From NCBI GenBank assembly GCA_963575745.1, contig CAUYUJ010000215.1, forward strand, positions 1 to 64,000: a stretch of DNA of 64,000 bases. Direction: 5' to 3'. Under the pieces are notes generated by a model that saw only the letters and a program-made list of their open reading frames with translations, was not told the origin of the DNA and made no database searches. The stretch comes from Prorocentrum cordatum. Its lineage: Eukaryota. A program made the position numbers and the translations under genes. This document shows, piece after piece, positions 45,328-58,577 of this stretch (position 1 is the first letter of the stretch; each line of letters opens with the position of its first letter).

Positions 45328-45930
45328 GTCGTCACCACGACTACCGCGACTACTACTACTACTACTACTATTACTACTACTACTACTACCACTACTACTA
45401 CTTCTACTACTTCTACTACTACTACTACTACCACTACTACTACTATTACTATGGCTACGACTACTACTACTAGTCATATTTCCACTACTACGACGACTAC
45501 TACTACTACTACTACTACTCTTACTACTACTACTACTACTACTCTTACTACTACTGTTACTACTACTACTACTACTACTACACTTACGGTTAGTGCCGCT
45601 ATTAGTACGATTACCGCGACGACGACGATTACTACGACTACTACTACTGCTTTTATTATTATTACTACCACTACTACTTTTAATACTACTACTCCTAATA
45701 TTAACAACGCTATTGCTACCCACCTGATCAGCATTGATACGACTAATGCTAATACTCGCGATACTACTAAGACTTAACATCTCAATCGTAGTGGTAGTAG
45801 TATTAGTAGTATTAGTCGTAGAACTATTCTCGGTATTCCGAATACAACGACTCATAATATTACTCATCGTAATAATACGGATAGTATTATTCATACTAAT
45901 AGTGGCAATACTAACTATATCATAAATATC
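43868..45930. repeat. ~2-kb degenerate (TAC)n microsatellite
   Basis: Direct reading. Confidence 0.95.
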
Positions 45931-47919
45931 AACATTAATAATAACAATAATGCAGCTGATGTTGATAGTGATGAGGATGCTGCTGATGAGGATTACATTG
46001 CGAACGGTATCAACAATAACAATAATCAGAGGACGAACAACCAGCTGCATCAACATATCTGCTCGACGGTCCGCGTGGATTTCATGGATGTGCGCTGGGG
46101 GCCCCACGCGGCGCCTCCAGCGCCGCCCCTTGCGCTCTCCGCGCGCCAGGGAGGGGTCCAGCGCAGATCCAAGAAGTCCGCGCGGACCTCCGAAGGGTTT
46201 ATGCTTGTGGGGCAGCGTCAAAGAACGAAGCCACGGTGCTGTCAGTGCTCACATGTGCGCTGCTGTCGTTGGCTTCGGCCGTTTCGCTCGACCCCGCCCA
46301 GGGCGCACACTGGATCCAGGTCCACATGCGATGAAGGCGTCGGCATCGGCTGTCGTTCGGTGAACACTTGCTCAATTGCAGGGCTCCTTTCCACGCTTTC
46401 GAAATAGTACTTCGCACGTTTCGTGGGTGGCATGGGATGATGAGCGTTCGCAGCGAAGTATACATAAAAAGTGGACGAGGGAGGAAGAGGGGGAGGCGAA
46501 AGAGGATGATCATGTAAGCACAGCGCGCATGGTTGACGATACACTGCGCCCTCCCGTCCCGAGTGAGTTCTAAATCTTGAAATTTCAGTACTCACGGTGA
46601 TCATATGATATTGTACGGTGGTCCTGTTTACTGTTCGGGACATTGGAAAGGCGGAGCGTGGACAAAACAGTGTAGCTTCCTGCACCCAGCTGCCCTGGAG
46701 GATGAGAGTCGTAAGGACAGTAACCGCTGCACACTGAATCAGCTGTCGCTTCGAAGAGGCTCGGCGAAACGACATGCAAGCGCTTTTCGTCTGCATCCAG
46801 ATGTGATCAATAATGCGAGCGGATACACGGGCACGAGCGTTGAGGGAGAGGAAGGGAAGCGGGGGCAAGAGTGCTGTTCGAGCGACATCCTGGCGGCCGG
46901 CTGGCGGCGACTGTGAGCACAGTACGTGCGAAGGAGATTTTGCGTGCGTGGTCGTGCTGCATGGACGTTGTGTGATGGCTGTGCGAGTACAGTGCTTGGG
47001 AGTGTGCAGACAATCTGTGAGCTGGGAGGACATCTCTCCATCGATTTGGCCAGTGTGCCGCACAGGCCTCTTGAGAGCAAAACAGTGTCCGAGGCGCTTG
47101 GGCGGGGGTGCGATTTTGGAGGCCATCTGCCAACTCATTCCTTGGAGCCGCTCCATGCTCTGAGCTTCAGGGTCAGACAGGCAGCACGTTTGCAGAAGGT
47201 CCACTTTTGCTTCCAGCGTGGGTCTTCGCCCGGCGCTCCTGATGCATCTGGGCGCAGCGGAGGCCCCATAAGGTGCTTTGTTCTGTGTGCAAGGTTCCTT
47301 GTAGTAGCACAACTGTGTGTAAACTGCGAGGTGTTTCTGTGGAGGCCGCGTATTTGCGGGCGGGCCGTGCTGCATCCATGCGGGCGTTCAGGTTCAGATC
47401 GTCTTGATCATGAATCGCCACGTGGACTTGCGTGAGAGGTTGGTCCTGAAAATGTGACGACATCCGTCCTTGTATCTCTTGAAGCTGTCGGTCTCTAGGA
47501 GCGTGAGCTAAGAGGGGAGTCTTGACGCTTCGCGTATCCCCATCAGCCAATCTAGAAACGATGTCCAGTCGAGTTGTTTTGATCAGGGAAGTGCAGACGC
47601 ATGCAGTGGAACAAACATGGTGGATGAGCTGTTCATTTTAGATGTTGGATCAGCCTGATCATGAGCAGGAGGAGGCGGTTGAGATGAATGATGGGGCATC
47701 AGCAGGAAGAGGCGGTGGAGACGGGTGAGGGGGTGGCGGGAGGAGGAACACGATAAGGAAGAGGGATGAGAGGAAGCATGAGGGGTTATGAAACATTCGC
47801 ATAATGACTATGCAGCTGACGGAATACGTTCCCACCTGACTTCTGCTGAACCTTGGGTGGTCGAAGGAGCAGAAGGACGAGAATAAGGCAAGTGAGGAGA
47901 AGGGGGATGCCGCCATGGT

Positions 47920-48180
47920 GGGATGATGACGATGATGATGACACGGTTGTTGATGATAAGGATGGTGACGGTGACGATAACGGTGGCGATGGCGATGACG
48001 ATGATGATGATGATGATGATAATGATGATGATGATGATGATGATGATGACGATGATGATGATGATGATGATGATGATGCTGATGCCGATGATGGTTGTGG
48101 TGGTGATGATGATGATGATGATGATGATGGTGGTGATGATGATGATGATGATGTGCTGGTGATGGTGATGATGATGATGT
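47920..48180. repeat. (GAT)n microsatellite
   Basis: Direct reading. Confidence 0.9.
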
Positions 48181-48293
48181 TAGTGGTCGCTCCAATAGAT
48201 GCGGGGTGGCCCGAGCGCAGATGAAACCAGAGACATCGACTTGAGCATCTCTGGCGGCAACACTATGACAATCAAACTCGTCAACAACATGGA

Positions 48294-48460
48294 TCACCAC
48301 CCACCAAACCGCCCCAACCCAACCCGAAGGCTCAGATTTACCCTCGATTTCCAGTGGGGGGGGGGTCGGGAAACATCGAAAAAACACGCGTGGAACCCTT
48401 ACCCCCCCAACCCGAAATTCGGGTCTTCGGGTTGGGTTGGGGTGGTCTGGTAGGTAGTCA
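48294..48460. mobile_element. 167-bp MITE with ~35-bp TIRs and 5-bp TSD ATGGA
   Basis: ATGGA at 48289-48293 and 48461-48465. TIR TCACCACCCACCAAACCGCCCCAACCCAACCCGAAG vs TGACTACCTACCAGACCACCCCAACCCAACCCGAAG. Excision restores the LINE frame. Confidence 0.88.
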
Positions 48461-48963
48461 ATGGAGGTGCTGGGAGCTCTTCTGGACCATCGGGGCTCGA
48501 GCACGTGCAGCTTCGAGCATCGACGGCAGAAAGGGGAAGCATGTTGTTGGGCTCGTTCGGCGGACTTTGTCGGCCTGGGAACGGCAGAGGATAAGTTTCG
48601 CGCTTGGTGTTCGCGACCTTCAGCTTCGGATCAAGCTCGTGGCATGTGACATCTTCGTTGCTGCTTGCGGCCAAACGCTGGGAATACAAATTCTTGCGCT
48701 GGGCACTGCGCCTTCGCAGGTGGGCAAGTGAGGGCTGCATGGACTACAACCAACGCACGGCGAGAATAATAGAATCCTGGGCCTGTCGTGTCAAATGCCG
48801 TCTACTTCATCATCGTATCCTTCATGAGATCTTCCGGGGAACTTGGAGGGAGGAGTACCAATCCTACCCAGCTGGACAGAGCTTTGTTTGATCATCACAT
48901 CTTTTAAGGAACCAGGAATGGTGGGCAGGCACGCAGCAGGTCACATGGCGATCCCGCCGAGGC

Positions 48964-49785
48964 TTGGGTCTTATGCACTCGGCCCCCGGGCACGAGGCCG
49001 AATGGGAAGATGTATTGGTGATGGTTTACGGGGCGCACTGGAGGGCATTCCGGGACCCGTTCGGCAATGTGCGGGGATGGATGGCGAATTCCGAGTTCTT
49101 CGCCAATCAAGTCTGCGCGCGCTGGCAGCTGCCACTCCTACCGTGCCGGCCGTGCGTGGACGCTGCGGCGGCGCCCGGGGACAAACGCCGACAGCTTCAT
49201 GGACATGTTCTTGACGACATTGCAAGGTCCCACGCCCAAAGCAGGATGAACGTCGCAATGCCGTGGGGGACGACGCCGAGACGGGTCCTTTTTGTAGTGG
49301 ACCGCCAACCTTTGCAACGCATGGTTTGTGGACATGCCCCATGCCTGGACCCATCAGCTTCGGCACTGGTGCGCCGCACTTGGGATGACATCGTCAAGTT
49401 GATGTCTTCCGGATGGTCTCCACTGGTCCTTTGGGCTGACCCGGTGGCGTGGCGTCGGAAGGAGTACAATGTCAGAGCAGACCATTTGGCAAATTACACG
49501 ATGGATGTGCAGAAAACGTGGTCTGTGGATTTTGATTGGCCGTGCCCCACGAAGTCCCTACGGGAGTGCAGCTTGATTGTCCACTCCGACGGCGGTGCGC
49601 GTGGCAGAGCATGCGCTGCCTCAGCGTTGGTTGTCGAGGTCTTACCTGACAGAGGGGGCGCACGCCCTTTGGCCATCATGGGCACCTTCCACAGCACATG
49701 GATTGATTCGTTCTTGTCTGAGGCGGCCGCGCTGGCTGAATGCTCGTCGTTTGTGAGAGAGCTCGTGGGTAATTGTGGGGTGTAA
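48964..49785 (+). CDS. LINE C-terminal ORF fragment with RNase H-like motifs in permuted order
   Basis: FVVDRQ (49300), WRRKEYNVRADHLAN (49480), IVHSDGGARG (49588), SFLSEAAAL (49720). Confidence 0.65.
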   Translation: MGLMHSAPGHEAEWEDVLVMVYGAHWRAFRDPFGNVRGWMANSEFFANQVCARWQLPLLPCRPCVDAAAAPGDKRRQLHGHVLDDIARSHAQSRMNVAMPWGTTPRRVLFVVDRQPLQRMVCGHAPCLDPSASALVRRTWDDIVKLMSSGWSPLVLWADPVAWRRKEYNVRADHLANYTMDVQKTWSVDFDWPCPTKSLRECSLIVHSDGGARGRACAASALVVEVLPDRGGARPLAIMGTFHSTWIDSFLSEAAALAECSSFVRELVGNCGV

Positions 49786-49861
49786 TATAGTTTGGTTGCC
49801 TTTTAGTGTGGTAGACTTCGAGCCGTAATCCAAATCCAAGTCCAAGATGGTGGTAGTTGCG

Positions 49862-49875
49862 GTGATGCTGATTAC

Positions 49876-49912
<37 letters not shown>

Positions 49913-50536
49913 TGGATGATGATGATGATGTCCTGATGATGATGCTGCTGCTGATGGTCAGGATGTTCGTAGTGGTGATGATGGCGACAATGATGCCGGC
50001 GTTGACGATGACGATGTTGATGACGACGTCGACGATGATGGTTTTGGTGCTATTGATAATGATGTTGATGAGAAGGATGATGATGAGAGCTATGCTGCTG
50101 ATGATGATGTTGGTGATGTTGATGATTATCATGGTAGTGGTGATGTTGATTTGGATGCTGATGCTGATGTGATGGTAATGGTAATGGTGGTTGTGATGAG
50201 GTTTGTGTTGACGACTACGACGACGATGATGATGCTGATGATGATAACGATGCTGATGACCATGATCATGATGATGATGACAATGCTGCTGATTATGAGG
50301 ATGAAGACGACGATTGTGATGATCACGATGTTTATGACGATGACGATGATGCTGATGATGCTGACGATGATGATGATGCTGATGATGATGACGATGCTGG
50401 TAATGATGCTGACGATGATGCTGATGCTGAGGATGACACTTATTGTGAATGATGATGACAAGTCTGCTGATGATGGTGATTACTCTGTTCATGCTGATGA
50501 CGATGCTGCTGATGATGCTGATGATGTTGATGACGG

Positions 50537-50582
<46 letters not shown>

Positions 50583-50660
50583 TGTACACATGCTACTTCT
50601 GACGATGACGCTAACTGAGAGGCTGGTGGTGATGATGAAGTTGCTGATGATGATGATGGA
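49862..50660. repeat. Degenerate (GAT)n microsatellite
   Basis: Direct reading. Confidence 0.95.
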
Positions 50661-52837
50661 ATTGGGGATACTAGAGGTCGGGGAGGGAAAGTGCGACTAC
50701 GACGGCGACGATAAATCCATACAGGCCTTAGCGGATGCAGGCATTTCGCTCTGGGAGTTTCTAGGGGCAATATTGGATCCCCCATTGGGCCCATCTCGGT
50801 TGTTTTTTTTTGCCCTCCTGTAGCCTTCTTTGGGGCCGTTCGGTCCATCGTCAGGCCATCTTGGAAGCCATTTATCAAAGACGGGAGGGTTCCCAATTAT
50901 CCCCGTCCCTCTGGAGTCCGACAACTCGCCTCTTGTTGCCCTCTTGGGCGTTCGTGTGGTCGTCTGGGGTCTCTTCTGGCCCTCTTTTTGCACTCTCGAA
51001 ATGATCATGGGGTCGCCTGGAGGCCTCGGAGATGGTCATCGGAAACTAACAGGCGATAGCGCAACCAGAAGTGTTGAGTTGGCAGCTGTTCTTACACCGA
51101 GTCTGACCTCTCGGGGGTCTCCATTGGGACGTTCCGTGACCACTTGGAGCCGTCTTTGGGTGGTCTTCTGGCCTCATGGAGGCAGGTTCGAGAACATGTG
51201 GTGCCATCCTTGGCAGCCATACTGGAGCCCATCTTGACCCTTATTAATCTATAGCGGAGCCGTATTGTCCCAACAACCTGTCGATGATGTCTCCTGAGAT
51301 ACCACAGTCTTTCAGACGCCCATTGGTCTTCAATGGTTCTGGCGTCGGGGAGAGGCGATCTTAAATTTCCCCCCGCCCTACCAGGAGCCCGAAACGCTGC
51401 CTTTTGGGCCCTCTTCAAGGTACGTTGGAGGCAATATTGGGTCGTCTTGAGCTATCTTGAACCATACGTGTGGCCATATTAGGCTATTTGAGGCCATCCT
51501 TGATCTATCTTGGGCAATCCTGGACGCTCTAACTGGTCGCGGAGCGCTCCATTCAGACCCAGGGGAGGCATCATGGGGAAAGTAAGCTTCTCTCCGACGT
51601 ATTGTATTGTATTGTATTGCGCTTCGATTGATGCGAGTCCGCTTGCCCGCCGTCTTGGAACCGGGCCTCTGGGAGCGGGGGCCTCGTGGTGGCCTGCTGG
51701 CGATCTCGCGGGCCACCTTGAAGCAGCGGGCTCGAAATGTCAGTGCGTGTTCCCCTCTGGGGCCCCTCTTTGGGCTGTCTGGGGGGCTATTGGGACGGAC
51801 CTCTTGGGGACTTCGGTGCCGTCTTGGGGCGATATTGGGTGCCGCCTTGGCCTTCTTGGACGCTCTTTGGCCGGACCCAAGCCCCCCAGAAGAAGGTTCC
51901 ACGACGGACCGTGGGACCATTTTAGGCCATGTTAGAAGTACGAGTTCTCAGCTACGCTCCCGAGGCGAGGCCTCTGGCATAGTTACACGGAAAAACAACG
52001 CGAGCGCTCGGAAGCGCTGGGAATCTGGATCTGGGCGCTTGAGCGTATTTACAGCATTCGATCATTTGAAGAATTCGAAAGGGCTTGAGGGCACTTCGCT
52101 CAGTGCTTGCGACACGGTTGCGATGCATACCAGCTGCCTACGGCAAGTCCCGCCACCCTGCCTGGATTGTGGGTATGAACCCTAATGATTGAATTTTCGT
52201 TGGGAAGGCCTCGGGGTAGCCGTTTCGGGGCCTGTTGGGGCCTCTTGTAGGCCTCTTGGGGGCCTCTTGCGGCCTTTTGGGGGCCTCTCGGAGCCTCTTG
52301 GGACCTCTTGGGGCCTCCTGGGGGCCTCTCGGGGCGGAAGGCTCGGATTCTCGCTTCGTGTCCCCTCTCTTGGGCCCCTTTGGGGGCCGTCCTGAGGCCC
52401 TCTTGGGCTGTCTCTGGCGCCTCTTGGGCGGTCTTGGGGCGCTCTCAGGCCGTCTTGGGGCACTCTTGGAAGCATCTTGGACCTTTTTGGGGTGGTCTTC
52501 GGCGCCTCTTGGGCCGTCTTGGAGCGTCGGAATGCCGAAAAGGCAGTAACGCCAAAATGTTCCAAACACCTCAGGAAAATCAATGATTCTTGCCTCTTGG
52601 GAATCCTCTTGAGGGGCCTCTTGGAGGCCTCTTGGGGCGTCTTGCAGGCCCCTTGGGCCATCTTGGGGCCATCTTGGGCGTCTTCGAGCGATCGCTCGGC
52701 GACTCGGGGCCCTCTTGGGCTGTCTGTGGGGGGGCCTCCTGGGCCGCCGTGGAAGCCTTGCAGCGCCCCGAGGGAGGCGCCGCGGCCGCCCATGGGACCC
52801 CCCCGGGAGCAGGGGTGGTGCAGTCAGATGGGTGCTA

Positions 52838-53023
52838 CAGGCCTCGGAACAAAAATAGCGAACACTCATGCCACATTTATCTGTGAACGCCTCCCCCTCC
52901 CCCCAATGTTCAAAGTTGGCGGTGGGTCTGATGAGTTGCACCTCGACCGCAGTCTCCCCCGCGCGTGCCAACTTTGAGTTTGGGGGGCAGGGGGGTTGTT
53001 CACTATCTGTTTCCCTCTACCGT
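52838..53023 (+). repeat. ~185-bp repeat; inverted partner at 58578-58760
   Basis: CAGGCCTCGGAA...TAGCGAACACTCATGCCACATT.ATCTGTGAACGCCTCC...TGTTTCCCTCTACCGT matches the reverse complement of 58578-58760. Confidence 0.9.
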
Positions 53024-53161
53024 ACCGGAGCGGGTGGGGGGTCCCCTACAACCCTCGTCAAACATTCCCCTGTGACGTACCCAACCCATTTGTATCAGTG
53101 GAAACGATGAGTTGGCCGAAAGTTGTATGGAAAATCAACTTGATGTGTAAGCTACTTGGGA

Positions 53162-54188
53162 GGCGTCACTGTGCTGGGCCCCGCAAGCAGGCCTCGAAAG
53201 TGGCGACAGTTTCACAGATCGCAACCCCCCAGGGATGGCGAGGTCTAATTTGAATCTGCGTGTGGCGTCATTGTGCTGGGCCCCCCAGCAGGCCGCGAAA
53301 GTGGCGACAGTTTCACAGATCGCAGCCCCCCAGGGATGGCGAGGTCTAACTTGAATCCGCCGTGGGTACCCACTGTGCTGGGCCCCCCAGCAGGCCTCGA
53401 AAGTGGCGACAGTTTCACAGATCGCAACCCCCCAGGGATGGCGAGGTCTAATTTGAATCTGCGTGTGGCGTCATTGTGCTGGGCCCCCCAGCAGGCCGCG
53501 AAAGTGGCGACAGTTTCACTGATCGCAGCCCCCCAGGGATGGCGAGGTCTAACTTGAGTCCGCCGTGGGTACCCACTGTACTCGGCCCCCCAGCAGCCCT
53601 CGAAAGTGGCGACAGTTTCGCAGATCGCAGCCCCCCAGGGATGGCGAGGTCCCATTGAGTCCGCCGTGGGTACAGACTGCGCTGGGATGGCGAGGTCCCA
53701 TTTGAGTCCGCCGTGGGTACCCATTGTGCTGGGCCCCCCAGCAGCCCTCGAAAGTGGAGACAGTTTCGCAAATCGCAGCCCCCCAGGGATGGCGAGGTCC
53801 CATTTGAGTCCGCCGCGGGTGCAGACTGTGCTGGCCCCCCAGCACGCCTCGAAAGTGGCGACAGTTTCGCAGATCGCAGCCCCCCAGGGATGGCGAGGTC
53901 CCATTTGAGTCCGCCGCGGGTGCAGACTGTGCTGGGCCCCCCAGCAGCCCTCGAAAGTGGCGACAGTTTCGCAGATCGCAGCCCCCCAGGGATGGCGAGG
54001 TCCCATTTGAGTCCGCCGCGGGTGCAGACTGTGCTGGGCCCCCCAGCAGCCCTCGAAAGTGGCGACAGTTTCGCAGATCGCAGCCCCCCAGGGATGGCGA
54101 GGTCCCATTTGAGTCCGCCGCGGGTGCAGACTGTGCTGGGGCCCCCAGCAGCCCTCGAAAGTGGCGACAGTTTCACAGATCGCAGCCT
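53162..54188 (+). repeat. 102-bp minisatellite, ~10 units
   Basis: CTGTGCTGGGCCCCCCAGCAGCCCTCGAAAGTGGCGACAGTTTCGCAGATCGCAGCCCCCCAGGGATGGCGAGGTC... with unit starts at e.g. 53927, 54029 and 54131. Confidence 0.95.
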
Positions 54189-56719
54189 CCCAGCAGCTGG
54201 CACGCAGCGACGAGCGAGGTCAAAGGCAGAGGGGAAGAGAGGGGCGGGAGGGGGCGGGAAGGAAGGAAGGCGCGAGCAGTGCTCTATTCAAAACGAGAAC
54301 CCAACGCAGGAGGGTTGGGAATACATTGAGGGATTCTGTTTTCGGTGATTGTATGGTCAGCGCTACTCCAATGCTAGCGCTAGATATCTGACGTGGACGC
54401 AAGGGCTTCAAAAATCCGACGACCCCTCCGCAACATTGAAGAACGCAGTTCCTAACAAGTGCCCGAGAAGATTGATCGTCGTGATTTCCAACTGCGTTTC
54501 TGTTTATTTTTGACGAGGCTTCTAGGATCGGGCGGGTGGTAAGGGGGGGTGACCCAAGGTGAAGGTATGGGCCCTAAAGGGGCCTCCCGGGGCCCCGGGC
54601 CCCCAGGGGGGCCCCAGAGGGCCCCCGTTTTGGAGGCCTCTTCGCGCCCCAGGCAGGCCCCCCCCCCATTGGCGCCCGCCCGACAGGAGGCTGCAGGCGC
54701 CCTGCCAGAGAGCCCTTCGCATTCTTCCCCGCCTCAGTGTGCCGCAGGCGCGGTGGCGGATTCTGCCATGTTTCTGTTGAGCATGTCCGTCGACGGTGGG
54801 CTTAAAGTTCGACCCCAGCGGACTTTGGATGACTGCGTGGCTCTCGTCGGCGTCGCTTCCCTTGATGGGCCTGTTTTCCACCACCGCCACCATAAGTTGG
54901 AGGGGGTCCTCCTCGTCGTCGTCGTCCTCCTCCTCCTCCTCCTCGTCCTCCTCGTCCTCCACCTCCTTCCCTTCCCCCCTCCAACTTATGGTGGTGGTGG
55001 AAAACAGGCCCATCATCCCTCCTCTCCCCCTACAGTGGAGACCCATGCCAAGAAACACCCTGCTTGCCTCCAGGGTGCCCTGGGTTTCTTGGGTTTCGAT
55101 GGTTTCGCTTTGGGGGGCGCGACGCTCCCACATCAGAAATCGATGGGCTTCCTGGGGTCTCAGGGTGGGGTTTCTTGTAGAAGGTTTCTTGTGGACTGGC
55201 CTCCATTGTAATTTCCCCCGCATATCCAGGACATCCGGTCGAAGGAGACCCCGCCCTGCGCGATGCGTTTGTCTCGTACGTCCGCGCGGCCACGCTGTCT
55301 TGCCTGTATGTTCATCGGTCTCATCCGCCTGATCTTCTTCTGTGTCCGCGCCTCCGATTCCAGCTTCCCGTTTCCCCTCCTCCTGTTCTTCTTCCCCATT
55401 CTTTTTCATCCAGACGATTTCTTCTCTTCCTAATCTGAAGTCGGGCGTGTCCCTCTACAGGAGGGACATTCAAGAATAGGCAAAAATAGTCAGGGGACGA
55501 TTTTTCCGCCATGACAATTCTTGAGCACTTGTGGATAATAGTTTTTTTGTTCGCCCAACATCCGCCTGTAGGGGGATATGCCCGATGCCCGACCGAATCC
55601 TGATCTCTCTTTCACCCGCTGCTTCTTGCTTCTTGTCTGGTGGGGGGCGACCTGTTGGCACCACCTTCAGAAGATAGCCTGCGCCGTGCAGACCCCGGAG
55701 GCGGCAACTGCCCTCCTGGGACACGGAACCCCCACGGCGTCGAGAACGGTCGGGAGCCCCGAGACGGGGGTCAGTGCAAGCGGGGGTCGGCCCGGGCGCC
55801 CGCTCTCGCGGGATCCTGCAGGGCCGGGATCGCACGGACTCGGGCTCGGGCGCAGGATCTCCCGCAGGATCCCGCGGGAGCCTGCCTGGGCTCGGGCGCA
55901 GGGTCCTGCAGGATCCTTGCAGGGTCCCTGCAGGACTCCGCCAGGCCCGACGGGCCTGGGTCTGGACGGACCCGGGCGCCAGCAGCGGACCCCGGAGAAG
56001 GCCGCGCGCGGAGGGCGCGCGCGGCGTACGGCTTGGGCGTTCTCGTGTCTGGGGCACGAAGTGGTCAGCATGAAGTCGGGCACGCCCCTCTACAGGAGGG
56101 ATGCCTAAAGATGGCCAACAACTGATCCGCGGGCGATGTTTCCATTAGTCTTTTACTATTTGTTGGAGTTTTGTTGTGTCAGGAGGGATGCTAAAAAATG
56201 GCCAACGAATGATCCGCGGACGATGTTTCTATTGTTAGTTTCTACTATTTTTTGAGTTCTTTGGGGCTATCTTCTATGTTTCCTCCGCGCGGAGAGCACG
56301 TGCCGCGTGCGGATTGTCGGAAGCTGGAACATCTGCACTGCCGGTGGCGGGCAGTCTTTCAATCCCGGGACTTCTCGATGGGTCGAGGACGACGCTGGGG
56401 TGGTGTGGTATATACTTTTGTTCCCCGATGTCCCGGGAAAACGGCGAAGAATGTATACACCAGGATCCCGTACAAACCAGGATCCGCTCTCCAGTGCAGA
56501 TTCCAATGGAGGGCCGGAAGAAGCGTCGGTGTATAGAGTTCGATTCCTTCGTTTGTGTGTCTCGTGTTGGGGCACGAATTTGTCAGCATGAAGTCGGGCA
56601 CGTCCCTCTACAGGAGGGATGCTCCATTTCCTACTCTTCCTCCTTAGGGGGGGACATGCCGGACCTGATGTGAGCACCACGCTCAGAGAGCCTGTGCTGT
56701 GCAGACCAGGGGTGGCAAC

Positions 56720-56858
56720 AGGCCAGCCACAACTGGGGGGGCTGTGGTCCTTACCCCCCTGGGGGAACCATCGATTTCGACACCCCTCTCGAGGTCGTCG
56801 ATGCGATGGGTTCCCCCAGGGGGGTAAGGACCACAGCCCCCCCAGTTGTGGCTGGTCG
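56720..56858. mobile_element. ~140-bp hairpin MITE with ~47-bp near-perfect TIRs
   Basis: CCAGCCACAACTGGGGGGGCTGTGGTCCTTACCCCCCTGGGGGAACC and its reverse complement. Flanking (T/G)GGCAAC duplication. A related uninterrupted site GCAGACC...GGCAACTGCC lies at ~55688-55712. Confidence 0.82.
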
Positions 56859-58577
56859 GGGCAACTGCCTCCCCGGACCAGCACCCCACGGCGTCGAGAA
56901 GCGGCCACTGGCCAGAGCCGCGCGCGCGGCGTGCGGCCTGTGCGCCTCGTGCCCTCTGTTTCTCGCGCGGGGCTGCCGCCGCAGCCCTCTCTCCTCCTCC
57001 TCCTCCTCATCCTCCTCCTCTTCTCTGTCTGCGATGGGCCTGCGGCACCCGACGGCGCAGGGGGGGCCACGGGGGCGGCGAGGCAGCCTGCTCCAGCAGG
57101 CAGGCAGCAGGCGCAGCAGGAGGGGAGGAGGGGATCCGGCGGGCCGAGCGTGGCGGGGGGGGGGGACGCCAGATGGCGGCGGGGCCTCTCGGAGGCCGTC
57201 GCGCCCTCCCGGGAGCCGCCGACGCCTCCGCCGAAGACGTGCGCCACCGAGTTCCTCAGGAGGCCGGAGGGCCTCTGAGAGGCCCCGCCGCCGTCTGAGA
57301 CGGCCGCCCCATGCTCTCTCACTCCCCCCCCCCTGGCTCGGGGGTGGGCAGAACCCCCAGCAGTGACGCGTCGATGAGTGAATTGGCCGTTTTCGGTTCT
57401 CGAGGGGGCGCCGCGGCCGTCATTTTCCAGTCTTGCGTCCGCCAGGTTTGGGCCTCAGGTCGTTTTCACCAAACCACGTTTTGCAAAAGGGAGGTCTGTC
57501 CATCCCCGACTGGCTCGCCGCCGAGAGGAGGGCGCGGCGCAGCCTGCCGCCGCAGGGGGGCCTCGTGGTCCTCGGGTGTGGTTTTTCTTGGCGGCTCACG
57601 GATGCCCCCGGCAGGGCCTCCGCAGAGCAAGCGCGCAGACGGATGTCAAGGCCCACGTCCCCGGGGCGGAGCTGCGAGGCGCCTTCTCGGCCACTGCGTG
57701 GAGCAGAGTGATGCCCCTCCCCCTTAGGCTGCCCCCTCGCCGCCCTTGTGGCCAGCCCGTGCTATCCCCGGCCATCGCGAGCTGCGACCCGCCCGGGAAC
57801 TCGCGTCTCCCCCTTCCCCCCTCCTCCTCCCCCCCTCCCCTGTCCGGTCGAAGTGCATGTGGTGCGAGGGCTGGTGTGCCATGAGTGCGTATGTGTGTGT
57901 GTGTGTGTGTGTGTCTGCTGCTGTCTCGGGTCGCAGGTGGCCAGGAGGAGGAGGAGGAGGAGGAGGAGGAGGAGGAGGAGGAGGAGGCACGAATTGTTGT
58001 ATTGCTTTGATGTGCCCAGTGACGAGTAACCTCATATTGATCATTGAGGTTGACGCCTCTCTGACGATTTTACCTCGGTGGCGGAGCAACGGCCCGCTGA
58101 CCGGTGCTCCCGCTGCGCACTCCGTGCGCTGGTCAGTGTCATAATCTCTCTTTCGCTCTTGCCATCGAGAGATTTGGTGTTGGGCTGACCATGGGTTCCT
58201 GTCCAGTGACACGCTGGACTTTCGAATCCTGTGCGAATTGTCGTCGCGCTATCCTACTAGAGTTGTACAAAAGGGGTGTCATCATCTTGCGAAGCCAGCG
58301 CGAACTGTGGAAGCACCGTCCTGCTAGAGCTGCGCAGGAGCGTCGGATAATCTGAGTTAAGTCGACCAAGCCCGGATTACGGGGAGCTTGAAGGTGCCTC
58401 CAGCCTGGCCCCCCTATTGGAGCTCGTTTCAGACTGGTTGCGTTGCGTTACGCTGTGGGGCATAGCGACGGGGATTCCAGGGCAGGCTCAGGGCGCGGCC
58501 CTTGTGGTGAGGTTGGGGTGGTGCCACTCGAGAGCTCGCAGGTGAGCCGGACGCCCAGACACCGCAGCAGGGTGAGA

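Larger units (their letters stand above)
48181..49845 (+). mobile_element. 5'-truncated, frameshifted non-LTR retrotransposon (RT thumb/C-terminus + RNase H-like domain)
   Basis: After removing the MITE: IKLVNNM-EVLGALLDHRG...FGSSSWHVT..LL..KRWE..FLR...EWW...WEDVL...WR. RNase H motifs in ORF 48964-49785. 3' tail TCCAAA-TCCAAG-TCCAAG. Confidence 0.7.

Noticed and set aside
43225..46221. 998-aa ORF and other long poly-M/D/H/S/T/V ORFs
   Set aside because: These are translations of trinucleotide microsatellites that lack stops in some frames.
46242..47650. 377-aa minus-strand ORF in unique-looking DNA
   Set aside because: No recognisable domain; it may be an old TE remnant but I cannot support a call.
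53162..54188. CRISPR-like repeat/spacer appearance
   Set aside because: The constant part is ~75 bp, the 'spacers' are related to each other and repeated, no cas genes are present, and the context is eukaryotic; this is a minisatellite.
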